Below, one piece after another: positions 39,235-47,899 of a DNA stretch of 64,000 bases. Positions within the stretch are counted from its first letter, which is position 1. Every line of letters begins with the position of its first letter. A program made the translations under genes and the position numbers. The stretch is from Candidatus Omnitrophota bacterium (lineage in GTDB: Bacteria > Omnitrophota > Omnitrophia > Omnitrophales > Aquincolibacteriaceae): the NCBI GenBank assembly GCA_016930235.1, contig JAFGHI010000007.1, positions 27,341 through 91,340 on the forward strand. Reading direction: 5' to 3'. The notes beneath the pieces are model-generated. The model did not search any database. It saw only the letters and a list, made by a program, of their open reading frames with translations, and was not told the DNA's origin.

Positions 39235-39402
39235 ATGGCGAAACTATTAGCGGCGCTCCAGGTATGGAAAAGCCAAAAGGGTCAGGGGATGGTGGAATAT
39301 GCGTTGATCCTTTCTCTTATAGCAGTCGTAGTGATATTGATTTTGACTACTATGGGGAAACAGGTCACCGCGATCTTTACGACGATTTCCGCTGCGTTAT
39401 AA
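39235..39402 (+). CDS. flp: Flp/Fap family type IVb pilin (55 aa; missed by the ORF track)
   Basis: Translation is MAKLLAALQVWKSQKGQGMVEYALILSLIAVVVILILTTMGKQVTAIFTTISAAL. It has the canonical Flp G/xxxxEY processing motif and a hydrophobic helix. An AAGGAGGG RBS lies 6 nt upstream. It sits at the head of the cpaB-tadC operon. Track ORF 39264..39554 is the wrong frame. Confidence 0.8.
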   Translation: MAKLLAALQVWKSQKGQGMVEYALILSLIAVVVILILTTMGKQVTAIFTTISAAL

Positions 39403-39456
39403 CGGCAGCTTCAAAAACCCTGATGAAACCTTTCAGGGCGAGTAGATTTACACAAA

Positions 39457-39502
39457 GAGATGGGAAGATTGCAGTTTGTGGAATCTTCCCATCTCTTTTT
39501 TT
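39457..39502 (+). terminator. Rho-independent terminator after flp
   Basis: GAGATGGGAAGATT-loop-AATCTTCCCATCTC (a 14-bp perfect stem) is followed by TTTTTTT. Confidence 0.8.
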
Positions 39503-39770
39503 AATATTCATTCTTGACCTAACGAATAATCCTTACCGGCTCCTATTTCCATGAGAGACTTTTTTCAAATCCGCTTCTTGCTAGGGCATTCCAATTCGGG
39601 TCATCAGGGTAGGATTATCCAGGACCTGGTGATTTTTGAGGCTGGAGATGCCCCCAACACCTTTAAAAGGTTCACTGTAACTTATTTGATGAAAGGGGCT
39701 TCAGATATTTAGGTCTTGGACGATACTTTATTAAGGCAAAAATACTTGAATCAATCATGATGAGATAACT

Positions 39771-40574
39771 ATGGCGCGAATCAAAAACTCATTTGTTCTT
39801 ATGCTGGCCATCGTAACGGGGGTGGCCGCGTTTATCATCAGCATCAATTTTATCAAGCCTCAAAAAGAAGCGGTCGTGACCGATACGGGTACGATGGTTG
39901 TGACGGCAGCCAATGATATCCGGATCGGGACAAAGATTTTGAAAAAGGATATTGATCTACTCCCGGCCCCATCGGGAGTCAATGCGAAAATTCTTTTTAC
40001 GGAAATGAATCAGGTGATAGGCAAACTGAGCCGCTCGAATATTTCGAAAGGGACCGCCATCCGCACGCTGGATCTTTATGAAGAAGGAGAAAGTCTAGCC
40101 AGCCTTATTCCGCCGGGATATCGCGCCATGAGTATTCCCGTGACGATGTCCGGAAGCTTGAGTAAGCTGGTTTATGCCGGTAACCGTGTGGATGTGCTTC
40201 TCACTTACCGGCGCGGGATGGGGGACTTCCAAACCATCACACTGGTTAAGAATGCGAAAGTTATTGATGTGACCCAATCCGGGCAAAGCAGCGGAGGGGA
40301 AGTCCAGATGTCGATCACGCTGGCGGTAACACCCGAAGGGGCGAAGACCCTGGCGTTTGCGATGGAAAAGGGGACTTTAAAAGTTGCCGTTTATTCAATG
40401 GAAGATGTCGAAAGGGAAGAGCAGGAAAGGTTTTTTACCTTGAAGGAACTCTTCTTTCAGGAAGAGGAAAAAACCTATCGGGAACTGATCCCTACGCAGG
40501 ATGGTGTTGAGACGATCCGCGGGCTGAGAAAAGAAAAGCAAAAGTTCGATAGCGAAAGAATGGGTACGTCATAA
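39771..40574 (+). CDS. cpaB: Flp pilus assembly protein CpaB/RcpC
   Basis: N-terminal TM anchor, then SAF/RcpC-like domains. It lies between flp and the secretin gene. Confidence 0.7.
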   Translation: MARIKNSFVLMLAIVTGVAAFIISINFIKPQKEAVVTDTGTMVVTAANDIRIGTKILKKDIDLLPAPSGVNAKILFTEMNQVIGKLSRSNISKGTAIRTLDLYEEGESLASLIPPGYRAMSIPVTMSGSLSKLVYAGNRVDVLLTYRRGMGDFQTITLVKNAKVIDVTQSGQSSGGEVQMSITLAVTPEGAKTLAFAMEKGTLKVAVYSMEDVEREEQERFFTLKELFFQEEEKTYRELIPTQDGVETIRGLRKEKQKFDSERMGTS

Positions 40575-40590
40575 GAAGGAGGCGGTGGTT

Positions 40591-42453
40591 ATGTCGGATT
40601 CAAGAATCCTAAGCTTGAGAAGAACGTTCTTGAATCGTTTTTTTGTTTTCAGCCTAGCGGTTGTTTTTGGGATGGGGATGATGCCGGGAGTCGTGGTTGA
40701 TAATGGCCTTTCCTCCGCTTATGCAGCGGGGGCCTCTTCGGGTTCATCGACGCTCCGTGCGCCTCAATCCGTTACGGTCATAGAATCCAGGCAGGATGCA
40801 GCAGGTCCATCGGGGTTATCGCAACATAACATTCTTCCCGAGACATGGGTTGAGGAAATTAAAATGGATGAAGGCCAGCTTGTTGTTGTTGTCGGGCGGT
40901 CCCATCTTTTACGGTTCAAAAAAAGTATCGGACGGGTCTCGGTTTCCGAGCCTGAAATCCTGGATTTCCTGATGCTTTCGCCGACGGAACTATTATTGAA
41001 CGCAAGGGCCCAAGGGGCCGTGAATTTGATTGTCTGGGATACCGAGAACCGCGTCTCCAACATTGATGTTAATGTGATTAATGACCCGACCTTGCTCAAG
41101 AGGCTTCTCCAGAAGATAGACCCCAAGGGGGATTTTGAGGTCTATCCTTCGCGCGATGTCTTTGTCGTGGAGGGGGAAACATCCAGCGTCTTAAAATCCA
41201 AAGAGATTGAAGATGCCGCCAATGCCTTTGCCGAGGGGAGTATCAGTCTAGTCCGCGTGAAAGAGACCAAGCAAATCCTTCTACAAATCCGATTCATTCA
41301 GGTAGACCAGTCCCAAGATTTTGATTTCGGACTTGATTTCGAACACGCCGATCTCTTCCATGATTATATTGTAACTCAGCGTTTTCTCCCGGGCGGAACG
41401 CATGCTCAAACGGGCGGTGATTCCAATTTTACCTTTACCAATCCTCGAACGACTTCGCAGCGTGATCAGTTTGATGTGAATGATGATGATGTGTATTCAT
41501 TTCATTTGTTTGATAACAATACCCTTATGAATGGCTTCATTAAAGCGATTGAGGAAAAGGGGATTGGGAAGACCATTGCGCGTCCTAATCTGGTCGTCAA
41601 AGACGGTGAAGAGGCCAGTTTTCTTGTCGGGGGTGAGGCCGCCGTTGTCGTTTCAACAAATAATGATATCAGTGTCGAGTTTAAGGAATATGGGACACGG
41701 CTGACCTTTAAAGCCGAGGTCCTCTATGATGACCGGATCCGCCTGGTGGTCGAGCCGGAAGTGAGCGCGCTTGATTTTACAAATGGTGTGACGGTCAACG
41801 ATATCGTCATTCCGTCTTTTACGAGCACCAAGGTCAAAACGATGGTTGAACTGGGAGAAAACCAGACCTTTATGATCGGCGGGCTTCTCCGTCAGGAGAT
41901 GCAGGAAACAGAGACCGGTGTTCCCTTTTTACGGCGAATTCCATTTTTTGGAAGGCTTTTTGAGAGTACGGACAAAACTTTTTCGGATACAGAACTCCTT
42001 GTCTTAGTGACGCCGAGATTTATCAACCCTGAGGCGAAGTCTGTGGAAACAAGTGATGATGAGTATGATATGCTTTCGCTGGCGACAAAATTACAGGCTC
42101 ATCCGGTCAAGGATGAACAGGCGGAGGCGATTGAAAGATATATCCAGGAGAACAAGCGTTATCTTGAAAAACCAATCAAGATAGAGACCGAAGTCAAGTC
42201 CAAGAAGGAACTTAAGAAAGCGAAGAAAGATCAAATAACGAAAGAGAAAAAGGAAAAAGAAGAAGTCGTCACGAAGTCGAGCAGCTTGAAGGAATTAGAG
42301 GCGGCTTTGAACTCGATATCGAGGCCGGTTGATGTTAAGAAAGAACCGAAAACGATCGCTAGGAAGCCTGCTCAGGCCGAAACCGCTAAAAAGGACCAAG
42401 CCAGCGAGCAGAGAAACAAAGGGTATTTATATCGTTCGAGAATGGAACCATAA
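40591..42453 (+). CDS. cpaC: Flp pilus secretin CpaC/RcpA with Lys/Glu-rich C-terminal extension
   Basis: The secretin domain (IGGLLRQEMQETETGVPFLRRIPFFGRLFES...LLVLVTPRFI) is preceded by BON/N-domains. The C-terminal ~120 aa are low-complexity KKEKKEKEE-rich. ATG 40591 lies 8 nt after AAGGAGG; the track starts at GTG 40585. Confidence 0.75.
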   Translation: MSDSRILSLRRTFLNRFFVFSLAVVFGMGMMPGVVVDNGLSSAYAAGASSGSSTLRAPQSVTVIESRQDAAGPSGLSQHNILPETWVEEIKMDEGQLVVVVGRSHLLRFKKSIGRVSVSEPEILDFLMLSPTELLLNARAQGAVNLIVWDTENRVSNIDVNVINDPTLLKRLLQKIDPKGDFEVYPSRDVFVVEGETSSVLKSKEIEDAANAFAEGSISLVRVKETKQILLQIRFIQVDQSQDFDFGLDFEHADLFHDYIVTQRFLPGGTHAQTGGDSNFTFTNPRTTSQRDQFDVNDDDVYSFHLFDNNTLMNGFIKAIEEKGIGKTIARPNLVVKDGEEASFLVGGEAAVVVSTNNDISVEFKEYGTRLTFKAEVLYDDRIRLVVEPEVSALDFTNGVTVNDIVIPSFTSTKVKTMVELGENQTFMIGGLLRQEMQETETGVPFLRRIPFFGRLFESTDKTFSDTELLVLVTPRFINPEAKSVETSDDEYDMLSLATKLQAHPVKDEQAEAIERYIQENKRYLEKPIKIETEVKSKKELKKAKKDQITKEKKEKEEVVTKSSSLKELEAALNSISRPVDVKKEPKTIARKPAQAETAKKDQASEQRNKGYLYRSRMEP

Positions 42454-42475
42454 TTATTACAAGGGCTAAAATCCT

Positions 42476-43771
42476 ATGAGTCATGAAAACCGGATAGTTT
42501 TTATCTCCAGCGAAGATACGACAATCGAGAGTTTTAAAAAGATAATCGCGGGGAAATTGTCTCAGTATCGCGGCAGAAAAATTGGTGTCCACACCTTTAG
42601 ATTTATCCCCAGCCTCGATGAAGTGGTGACCAACTATGCGCCCTCGCTTATTGTCGTCAATATCGAACCGGATCAGATGGAAGCGAAAATGGAATTCATC
42701 AGTCAGTTGGGCCGCTTGGCCAATCGCATCCCCGTGGTTGTTTCTGCGCCGGCTTTTGATACCGAACTGATGATGACCTGTGTCAAACGCGGGGTGAAGG
42801 ATTTCCTCAATACCCCCTTTAAAGAAGATGAGATCAAAGAAATGTTCCTGAGGATTCTGGAGGATGCCGGTGCTGTTTCAGCGAAAGGGGTCGGGCTGGC
42901 GGAGACGTTCACTTTTTTCAGCTATAAAGGCGGTATTGGCAATACTTTCTTGGCTTGTAATACAGCGGTCGCGTTGAGCCGTATCACTGGCAAGCGGGTC
43001 CTTCTGTGGGACCTGGTTCTTCAGAATGGGGACGTCCCCTTTTTCTTTGATGTTGAGCCGAATGTGAATTTGTCGGATCTGATGGAAAATCTTCCCGATA
43101 TCGATGAATCCTACTTGAGGGGGACCCTTCCGATCCATTCAAGCGGCGTGGCGATTTTATCGGGTCCCAAAAGGCCGGAAGAAGCCGAGGGGATCCGTTA
43201 TGACCAGATTCAAGGGCTCCGGCAGGTTTTGAATCAGTATTACGATTATATTGTCATTGACGGCGGACATGTCCTGACCGATCAGATTATCGGCGCCCTG
43301 GATATTTCCAAGCACATCCTGCTGACAACCGATTTGCATCTGCCGGTCTTGAAAAATACTCTGCGCTGTGTTGAAGTGTTTGAGCGTCTGGGATATGTGG
43401 AAGGAAAGTTCAAGATTATCCTTAACCGGTATAATTCCAAATATGAAACGTTCGATCTCGATCGCGCCCGGGAGATTCTCCGCTATCCCATCGCGTTTGC
43501 TTTTACCAATGATTATGTGACGGTCTCCCGGTCCTTGAATACCGGGATCCCCATCGCCGAATTGGAAGAAAACAGCCAGCTCGCAAAACAATTTGAATCC
43601 CTGGCAAATCTTCTGATCACTGATTTTAAAGCCGATGTTGAAAAATCATTCTCCATTTTGGACCGCTTTAAGAGCCTTTTCCCGTCCAGCAAGAAGGCTA
43701 AAAAACGAGAGGATGAGAAAGTAGCCCTTTCCAAGGCGGCGGAAAGAGTCAAACACGATGGCGCTGAGTGA
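42476..43771 (+). CDS. cpaE: Flp pilus assembly ATPase-like protein CpaE/TadZ
   Basis: An N-terminal receiver-like domain is followed by a MinD/ParA-type domain with the deviant Walker [19 protein letters not shown]. Confidence 0.65.
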   Translation: MSHENRIVFISSEDTTIESFKKIIAGKLSQYRGRKIGVHTFRFIPSLDEVVTNYAPSLIVVNIEPDQMEAKMEFISQLGRLANRIPVVVSAPAFDTELMMTCVKRGVKDFLNTPFKEDEIKEMFLRILEDAGAVSAKGVGLAETFTFFSYKGGIGNTFLACNTAVALSRITGKRVLLWDLVLQNGDVPFFFDVEPNVNLSDLMENLPDIDESYLRGTLPIHSSGVAILSGPKRPEEAEGIRYDQIQGLRQVLNQYYDYIVIDGGHVLTDQIIGALDISKHILLTTDLHLPVLKNTLRCVEVFERLGYVEGKFKIILNRYNSKYETFDLDRAREILRYPIAFAFTNDYVTVSRSLNTGIPIAELEENSQLAKQFESLANLLITDFKADVEKSFSILDRFKSLFPSSKKAKKREDEKVALSKAAERVKHDGAE

Positions 43772-45080
43772 TCGTTTAAGAAAGCGGCGGGGGGAAGACG
43801 GATTACCCGAAGAGAAGTTCTCGCCTCATGAGGCCAAACGCCAGGAATACCTCCAGGAAGTCAAGATCAAGATGCACCGGAGTTTGATCGACAGGCTTGA
43901 CCTTGATGCCTTGATGAGTTTGGATCCCAAGGAAGCCCGCAAGCAGGTCAGCAGCCTTGTCCGTGTCCTTTTTGATGAGGAAAAGGTTGCCGTCACTTCC
44001 CGGGAACGCGACGATGTCATCCAGGAGGTCGTGGATGAAACCTTCGGGCTGGGGCCGCTGGAACCTCTTTTAGCGGACGGGACCATTGATGAAATCCTGG
44101 TCAATAACGCTCACCAAGTGTACGTTGAGAGGTTCGGAAAATTGTCGGTCACCAATACCCGTTTTAAGGATGATGACCATTTAAGGCATGTGATTAACCG
44201 GATTGTTGCACGGATCGGGCGGCGGATAGATGAATCAAGTCCGATGGTGGACGCCCGCTTGGCTGACGGATCACGTGTGAACGCCATCATCCCGCCTCTT
44301 GCGATTGACGGCCCGGTTGTCTCGATTCGCCGGTTCCGGAGAATTCCCTTTAGGCCTGAAGACCTTGTAGCAAGAAAATCGACAACGCTTGAGATTGTCA
44401 AGCTGCTTGATATGGCGGTGAAGTCAAAATTAAATATCCTGATCTCCGGCGGGACAGGATCCGGTAAGACAACGCTCCTCAACATCCTATCGTCTTTCAT
44501 TCCCTCGGATGAACGCATTATTACGATCGAAGATGCCGCGGAATTGCAGCTTCAGCAAGGGCATGTCGTTCGGTTGGAGACCCGTCCTCCCAATATTGAA
44601 GGGAAGGGTGAAATCACTCAACGGGATTTGGTCAGGAATTCGCTTCGTATGAGACCCGATCGCATTATCGTTGGGGAAGTTCGTGGCCAAGAGGCCCTGG
44701 ACATGCTCCAAGCGATGAATACAGGCCATGAAGGATCCATTACCACCATCCATTCCAATAGCGCGCGTGATGCTATCAGCCGTCTTGAGACCATGGTGTT
44801 GATGGCCAATTCCAATTTGACAAGTCATGCCATTACCCGTCAAATCGGCGCAGCCTTTCACCTAATTATTCAAATTGCCCGTTACCCGGACGGCGTCCGT
44901 CGAATGGAATCTTTATCTGAAGTGACCGGGATGGAAGGGAATGTCATCAGCTTACAGGATGTCTTTTCGTTTGAGCAGAAAGGACTTGATTCGGACGGCA
45001 AAGTGATCGGCGAGTTTAAATTTCATAATATCCGTCCGAAGTTCCTGGATTCCGCGATCAAAAAAATTCGCATGAGTTGA
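43758..45080 (+). CDS. cpaF: Flp pilus assembly ATPase CpaF/TadA (VirB11-family secretion ATPase)
   Basis: Walker [27 protein letters not shown]. Asp/His boxes [12 protein letters not shown] and TTIHSNSA. Confidence 0.85.
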   Translation: MALSDRLRKRRGEDGLPEEKFSPHEAKRQEYLQEVKIKMHRSLIDRLDLDALMSLDPKEARKQVSSLVRVLFDEEKVAVTSRERDDVIQEVVDETFGLGPLEPLLADGTIDEILVNNAHQVYVERFGKLSVTNTRFKDDDHLRHVINRIVARIGRRIDESSPMVDARLADGSRVNAIIPPLAIDGPVVSIRRFRRIPFRPEDLVARKSTTLEIVKLLDMAVKSKLNILISGGTGSGKTTLLNILSSFIPSDERIITIEDAAELQLQQGHVVRLETRPPNIEGKGEITQRDLVRNSLRMRPDRIIVGEVRGQEALDMLQAMNTGHEGSITTIHSNSARDAISRLETMVLMANSNLTSHAITRQIGAAFHLIIQIARYPDGVRRMESLSEVTGMEGNVISLQDVFSFEQKGLDSDGKVIGEFKFHNIRPKFLDSAIKKIRMS

Positions 45081-45119
45081 TTTTGAGAAACGCCAAATTG
45101 GACAAAGGTAAAAAATTCC

Positions 45120-46079
45120 ATGCAGATTGTCATAGGGATCTTAGTTGCGGCCGCGGCCGCGTGTTTTGTTTACCTTCTACTCGATCTTTTAGGGGGCGGG
45201 GGTTTCCAAGAGAGTCAAACCATTGAAAAACGCCTGAATAGGCTTCTTCTGCCGACATCACCCTCCATTACACGAAATATCCAGTTCAGCGCTATCTTTA
45301 CCATTGATAAAGTGATCCGAAGGCAGAGATTTGCCAGGAAGTTGTATGATCTTTTAATCTTGACGGGTTGGTCGATGCCTTTAAGTGTTTTTGTGCTGGT
45401 TGATCTCTTGTGGGCCTTTCTGGTTTATTTCTTTGTCCAGCTGGTGACGCATAATCCCTTGGTGGCATTGATTTCGGCTTTAGCGGCCGGTTTTCTGCCC
45501 TATTGGGGCTTGGTGGTGAACAGGGGGCGTTATATCGAAAAGTTTTCTGTTCTTTTCCCGGATGCCCTCTTAATGATGAAAAATTCGCTGAAAGCCGGGC
45601 AGGGTATCCAAGCAGCCCTGCAAATGGTCGCGCAGGAAGGACCTAGGCCGATTTCGGATGAATTTGCCCGGGTGATTCGCGAGATCGAATTGGGAAGTCA
45701 TCTGACGGAAGCCCTGACTTCTCTTTCAGATAGAATCCCGACGCGTGATGTCCGTATGTTTGTTTTGGGGATCTTTATTCAGCAGGAAATCGGAGGGAAT
45801 CTCGCGGAACTGTTTCAAAATCTGGAAAAGACAATACGGGACCGCATTTCCTTATCCCGGGAATTAAGGGGGCTAACGGCCCAAGGAAAGGTTTCAGGAT
45901 TGGTTCTTATTTTATTGCCGATTGCGGTCGGAGCAATGCTTTGGTTGATAAACCCTGAATATTTCAAACCTCTTTTTGAAACGGAGATGGGAAAGAAGAT
46001 GTTTTACGGAACAGTTGGGATGCAAATTCTTGGGAGTCTTATCATTAGGAAGATGACGACGGTTTCGATCAGTACGTAA
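45120..46079 (+). CDS. tadB: Flp pilus assembly inner-membrane protein TadB (T2SS F-domain)
   Basis: T2SSF-type domain topology. It sits directly after cpaF. Confidence 0.7.
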   Translation: MQIVIGILVAAAAACFVYLLLDLLGGGGFQESQTIEKRLNRLLLPTSPSITRNIQFSAIFTIDKVIRRQRFARKLYDLLILTGWSMPLSVFVLVDLLWAFLVYFFVQLVTHNPLVALISALAAGFLPYWGLVVNRGRYIEKFSVLFPDALLMMKNSLKAGQGIQAALQMVAQEGPRPISDEFARVIREIELGSHLTEALTSLSDRIPTRDVRMFVLGIFIQQEIGGNLAELFQNLEKTIRDRISLSRELRGLTAQGKVSGLVLILLPIAVGAMLWLINPEYFKPLFETEMGKKMFYGTVGMQILGSLIIRKMTTVSIST

Positions 46080-46118
46080 TCAGATTCTAAAAACTATTTT
46101 TTGAGGAGTGTCGATAGA

Positions 46119-46955
46119 ATGTTTGCGGCGGCTTTATTGTTTTCCCTTTCTATGGGGCTTTTAGTCTGGTATTTTGCGACCTCTCAGGTGGAAAACAAAA
46201 TTATTAAACGGCGGACTGAAAAATTTTCGACCGGGGAGACGCCGGAAGAAATCAGGAATGCCGAACTCCTTAAGGATGAGTTTGCGTATCGCAAAGGCCA
46301 TTTCCGCCGGTATTTCGAATTTTCGGTCCATCCTTCGTTTAAGCAACTCGTGATGTTTTCTATCATCTGGGTGGGCTTGGCGGTGTTTGTCTTTGTCAAA
46401 CTTGAGATTGCGGTGTTAGCTAAAATCGTTTTACTTCTATTTGCAGGGATGATCTTGATGCGCGTGTTATCGAAGGCTGCCGTCAAGGCAAGAAGTGAGG
46501 AGCTCAAAAAGGAACTGCCGGGGGCCTTAGAGCTTGTGGTGATTTGTATGGAGTCCGGATTGAGTATCAATGCGGCCTTCCTGAGGGTTTCCAATGAACT
46601 GCACAATTCCCCTTTGGGGTTGGAATTACGTCAGACATTTAATGAGATTGAAGCGGGGGCGACTTTAGAGGATGCTTTGCGGGATTTTGCAAAGAGGACG
46701 GGAATGGCGGAGGTGAATGCTATTGCTGTTTCGATTGTTCAGGCCCAGAAGATGGGGACTCCGATCAGCGGAACGTTGAGGGTCCAGGTTGATTCCTTAA
46801 GGGAGAAGATGAAGATGCAATTGAAGGAACAAATTATGAAAATTCCGATTAAGATCCTTTTCCCCCTCATTTTCTTCATTTTTCCAGTTCTTTTTATCTT
46901 AATTCTTGGCCCCGCCGTTATTTCTGTCTTTGAACGTTTTGTCGGAAAAGTGTGA
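46119..46955 (+). CDS. tadC: Flp pilus assembly inner-membrane protein TadC (T2SS F-domain)
   Basis: Second T2SSF-domain protein. ATG 46119 lies 9 nt after GAGGAG; the track starts at TTG 46101. Confidence 0.65.
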   Translation: MFAAALLFSLSMGLLVWYFATSQVENKIIKRRTEKFSTGETPEEIRNAELLKDEFAYRKGHFRRYFEFSVHPSFKQLVMFSIIWVGLAVFVFVKLEIAVLAKIVLLLFAGMILMRVLSKAAVKARSEELKKELPGALELVVICMESGLSINAAFLRVSNELHNSPLGLELRQTFNEIEAGATLEDALRDFAKRTGMAEVNAIAVSIVQAQKMGTPISGTLRVQVDSLREKMKMQLKEQIMKIPIKILFPLIFFIFPVLFILILGPAVISVFERFVGKV

Positions 46956-46986
46956 GGCAGTCAATCGTTAGGGGTTACCGTCGCAG

Positions 46987-47337
46987 ATGACCAAAAGATT
47001 CGTTCTCTATAATACATCGAACAATCAAGAGGTGGCGGAAGTCGAAAGCGCTTCGACTTTTTCAAGGAGGCTTTTCGGACTGCTATTTGAAAAATCAAAG
47101 GAGAGCGCTCCCGCCCTTTGGCTTGTGCCCTGTAAGGCCGTCCATACTTGCGGCATGCGGTGGCCGATCGATCTTATCTTTTTGAGCAAGACATTTCAGG
47201 TTGTCGAGATCTGTAAAGGTGTGAAACCTTTTTCATGGCCGGTTGTCTGCTGGAGGGCTCATTCAGTCGTTGAGATATCGAGGGATCATTGGGACAAGGA
47301 TGCTGTCCGGGTAGGGGATCAGCTCGTTTTCCGATGA
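46987..47337 (+). CDS. DUF192 (UPF0127/COG1430) domain protein
   Basis: FSRRLFGLLF...LWLVPCKAVHTCGMRWPIDLIFL...VV matches the DUF192 pattern. It lies immediately downstream of tadC. Confidence 0.45.
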   Translation: MTKRFVLYNTSNNQEVAEVESASTFSRRLFGLLFEKSKESAPALWLVPCKAVHTCGMRWPIDLIFLSKTFQVVEICKGVKPFSWPVVCWRAHSVVEISRDHWDKDAVRVGDQLVFR

Positions 47338-47478
47338 TGAAGTTCCGGGAAGGAAGTTGCTTGAAATTCTCGCAGAAAAGCTATAGCATGATGCGTGAAT
47401 TGCCGATAGAAAAGGGGGTTTGACGGTCTTAAGGAATTCAAGCCCGAACCGGATGGTTTCGCTAGAGAAAGGGTGACT

Positions 47479-47856
47479 ATGTCGCAGGGGAAAATATTAC
47501 TGGTGGATGATGACCAGGACTTTTCACAGTTGCTGGAGTTCGATCTCAAAAAGCAAGGGTACGAGGTCGTAACGGCCTGCAATGGTGAAGAAGGCCTGGA
47601 GAAGGTCAGTCAAGCCAAACCAGAACTTATCGTTTTGGATATCAAGATGCCGAAGATGGATGGTTATACCTTTGTCCGAAGGCTGAAGAAGGACCCGGAA
47701 ACAAAGGATATCCCGTTGATTGTCCTCACTTCCTATGAGCCGATGAAGGATATGTTCCAGATGGAAGGTGTGAATGACTACTTCGTCAAATCGGTGAATA
47801 TGGACGGGTTGATTAAAACGATTGAGAAGAATCTTAAAGGCAAACGAGCGTCATAA
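47479..47856 (+). CDS. Single-domain response regulator (CheY-like receiver, no output domain)
   Basis: KILLVDDDQDF. The phospho-acceptor Asp is in LDIKMPKMDGY. Conserved T and K positions are present. Confidence 0.75.
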   Translation: MSQGKILLVDDDQDFSQLLEFDLKKQGYEVVTACNGEEGLEKVSQAKPELIVLDIKMPKMDGYTFVRRLKKDPETKDIPLIVLTSYEPMKDMFQMEGVNDYFVKSVNMDGLIKTIEKNLKGKRAS

Positions 47857-47899
47857 TTTTTCAAAGCATTCCTAAGGTTCCGAGATTACCCGAATTTCC

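Noticed and set aside
39264-39554. 96-aa ORF in the track (MEKPKGSGDGG...)
   Set aside because: It is the +2 frame of the flp pilin gene and runs through its terminator. It has no RBS, and the flp frame has a canonical Flp motif and RBS.
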